Assembly: GCA_041641305.1 (NCBI GenBank)
Contig: JBEPYN010000001.1
Location: 694,370 to 718,369, forward strand
Length of the DNA: 24,000 bases
Origin: Nitrososphaerota archaeon
Lineage (GTDB): Archaea > Thermoproteota > Nitrososphaeria_A > Caldarchaeales > Caldarchaeaceae
Reading direction: 5' to 3'
The notes below the pieces were generated by a model, which did not search any database, was not told the origin of the DNA, and saw only the letters and a list, made by a program, of their open reading frames with translations. Position numbers and translations under genes: made by a program. Position 1 is the first letter of the stretch. Every line of letters starts with the position of its first letter. This document shows positions 22,348 to 24,000 of the stretch, piece after piece.

Positions 22348-23660
22348 GTTCTCACAAACTCTTTGAGGAAATGTTTTCCCTCGCCCGTGAGCGTCTCCAT
22401 GAGGCTAGCTATGTTTGTGTAGGTTTTCGCGTTTCTCAGATGGGGTTGGAGATGTTTGGAGACGGACGCCTGGCCCGATTGTATGAGATGCTGGAGGGCC
22501 TCAGCCGCGTCGCGGTGCCTCCTCCTCAACAGCGAATACAGCCTGTCTCCAGACACCCATGGAGGAGCCAACAACATTTTCTTAAGCATCTGCTCAGCGA
22601 TGAACCGTTCAGCGTTGCCGCTCCACACAGGAGGACCCCTATGCAACACAACAGGTGGAAGAATGTTTGTCTCAAGCTCGAAGACCATGACACCTGTTTT
22701 TTCCTCGGCCCATCTATCGTATCTCAGCACGGTGAAGCCGAGGCCGTTGAGGCCGCGGGCCAATCCTTCGACGGTGTGGTTAAGCTCTCCCCAGAGAACG
22801 TCGGGCGGCTGCTCAGGCACGGAGAAGACGAGGCCCAGAAAACTCCGTTCCTCGACAACATCTTCCAAGCCTGTGTCGCCGACGAAATAGTCTTCGCTGG
22901 GTTTTGTGAGGAAGAGTTTGGATTTGAGGATGAAGTTTGACAGGGTTGTGAGGGAGATTGCTGCGGCTGTGTTGCGGCTTGGGTCGACTGGGTCGGGTAA
23001 ATGAAGCACGGTGTCTGGGGCTGGTTTGCCTTCGCCAAGCACCACAGGAGGCCTCCACTTTGAAGCAGCCTGAAGAAGCGAGGTGAAGGAGCCGAACCTG
23101 ATTATCAAAAGTTCGCAGACGTATCCGCTGAAGCCTCTTGTCTTCAACTCGGCGCCGTAGAGGTTGTCGTTCATGAGGAAGGCTTTGAGGAGACGGACAT
23201 GGTCAGCGCCGCCGGGTGGAAGGTTTTTCTTCACATAGGCTGTGTGGTAGGGTGTGCGGTCGACTGGTGTAATCCATCTCCCATACTCGGCGTCATAGCA
23301 TGGAACGATGTTGACACGTATGCCGTCCACAAACCCTTCCACGTAGGGGTGGCTCGCATACCGAAGCCGATAAGCGCCACCAACCCCGACAACGGCCTTC
23401 ACACCCTCTTCGACGACGCGGCGGCAGGCCTCATCGACGGGAAACCCTGGCCTAAAATGGATGAAGATGTCGCTCTCCTCCCTGCCGCGGACCATCGTCC
23501 CCTTCGCGAAAGAACCCTCAACAGAGACAAGGCCCCTGCCGAAAACATCCTCAAGCCGCTGAACCAAACGTGATGTAACATCCTCGGTCTTCTCAAGCGT
23601 TTCTTGCAAGGGCCTGAGCTGCTCAACCACACGCCGAAGCACGTCCTCAACAGCTGTCAA
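22299..23660 (-). CDS. cca: CCA-adding tRNA nucleotidyltransferase, archaeal class I
   Basis: 'VEGSFAKGTMVRGREESDIFIHF' (GS...ExD carboxylate motif, as I recall for the A. fulgidus enzyme), 'DRTPYHTAYV' and 'YGAELKTRGFSGYVCELL'. The start is TTG 23660, forming a TTGA overlap with the upstream LigT stop. Confidence 0.85.
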   Translation of the reverse strand: MTAVEDVLRRVVEQLRPLQETLEKTEDVTSRLVQRLEDVFGRGLVSVEGSFAKGTMVRGREESDIFIHFRPGFPVDEACRRVVEEGVKAVVGVGGAYRLRYASHPYVEGFVDGIRVNIVPCYDAEYGRWITPVDRTPYHTAYVKKNLPPGGADHVRLLKAFLMNDNLYGAELKTRGFSGYVCELLIIRFGSFTSLLQAASKWRPPVVLGEGKPAPDTVLHLPDPVDPSRNTAAAISLTTLSNFILKSKLFLTKPSEDYFVGDTGLEDVVEERSFLGLVFSVPEQPPDVLWGELNHTVEGLARGLNGLGFTVLRYDRWAEEKTGVMVFELETNILPPVVLHRGPPVWSGNAERFIAEQMLKKMLLAPPWVSGDRLYSLLRRRHRDAAEALQHLIQSGQASVSKHLQPHLRNAKTYTNIASLMETLTGEGKHFLKEFVRTCPKYIATYISSLSTS

Positions 23661-24000
23661 AGATTCTTCACCGCCAAATCCGAGTAAACAGGGCCTGAGG
23701 AGGTTAGCACACTCTTCTTCAACACGATTTTGTTGACGAGCTGTTTGCCGAAGAATGTGTTTCTGTTTCTGTTGATGACGTCGAGGAGCTGGCCGCGGTT
23801 TCTGAGATACTTGACTCTGCAGACGGTTAGGTGGGGGATGAACCTCTGCTCCTCAACCCTGATACGTGGAAGACGTTTCCGAAGCTGGCTATACACCTCA
23901 ACCAGGTTATCAGCACCATCCCTCACCCCAACCCATATCACATTAACACGGCCTCCTCCCGGAAAATAGCCTACACCATTCATCTCAATCTCGAAAGGCT
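23657..24000 (-). CDS. 2H-phosphoesterase / 2'-5' RNA ligase-like protein (LigT/ThpR), C-terminal part; the 5' end lies beyond the window
   Basis: 'RFIPHLTVCRVK' is the second HxT/Sx motif of the 2H family. 'PFEIEMNGVGYFP...VIWVGV' matches the family's central strands. The frame stays open upstream of the track's Met (23983) through to position 24000. Confidence 0.7.
   Translation of the reverse strand, partial: PFEIEMNGVGYFPGGGRVNVIWVGVRDGADNLVEVYSQLRKRLPRIRVEEQRFIPHLTVCRVKYLRNRGQLLDVINRNRNTFFGKQLVNKIVLKKSVLTSSGPVYSDLAVKNL

Noticed and set aside
1-24000. Search for CRISPR arrays, IS/transposase or integrase genes, rRNA genes, inteins in rpoA/rpoB, and defence-island signatures
   Set aside because: No regularly spaced direct repeats were seen. 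No recombinase-like ORFs were found. The RNAP subunits are of normal length with uninterrupted motifs. Gene content is housekeeping throughout. A by-eye repeat scan is not exhaustive.

Overview
This window looks like a densely packed archaeal chromosomal core region, with genes on both strands and almost no non-coding DNA. I found no CRISPR array, rRNA gene, transposase or integrase.

Gene content, in order along the window:
- Start of an aCPSF1/FttA-type ribonuclease gene, cut by the window edge, then proteasome beta (psmB) and a long-type FKBP PPIase.
- A membrane protein at the tail of an RNA polymerase operon: rpoH, rpoB, an UNSPLIT rpoA, rpl30e and nusA.
- An intron-containing tRNA-Lys(CUU), GGGP synthase and an Elf1-like zinc ribbon protein.
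- A YqgF/RuvX-like protein translationally linked to a Clp1/Grc3-type polynucleotide kinase.
- A replication cluster: a 38-codon membrane micro-ORF, priS, a CBS-pair protein and a GINS subunit.
- rpl40e (missed by the ORF track because it is under 60 aa) followed by tRNA-Val(UAC).
- alba, a Zn-ribbon/KH-like protein and aspS.
- A flavin reductase, a tandem RAM-domain protein, a ROK kinase and a GlcD-like FAD oxidase.
- An atypical protein kinase, the class I CCA-adding enzyme, and a 2H-phosphoesterase (LigT/ThpR) cut by the window end.

Three features point to a TACK-type (Thaumarchaeota-related) archaeon: Elf1, the unsplit RpoA, and a BHB intron at a non-anticodon position. This lineage call is inference only.

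Gene organisation is typical of archaea. There are many 1-20 nt start/stop overlaps (ATGA, GTGA, TTGA, TAGTG). Several TATA-like boxes end 23-27 nt upstream of start codons, which suggests leaderless mRNAs.

Nothing here resembles a defence island or mobile element. The most novel-looking candidate is the YqgF-like nuclease plus Clp1 kinase pair. Next are the non-canonical tRNA intron, the micro-ORF coupled to priS, and the CBS protein embedded in the priS/GINS cluster.

All functional calls come from by-eye motif recognition. No database search was run.
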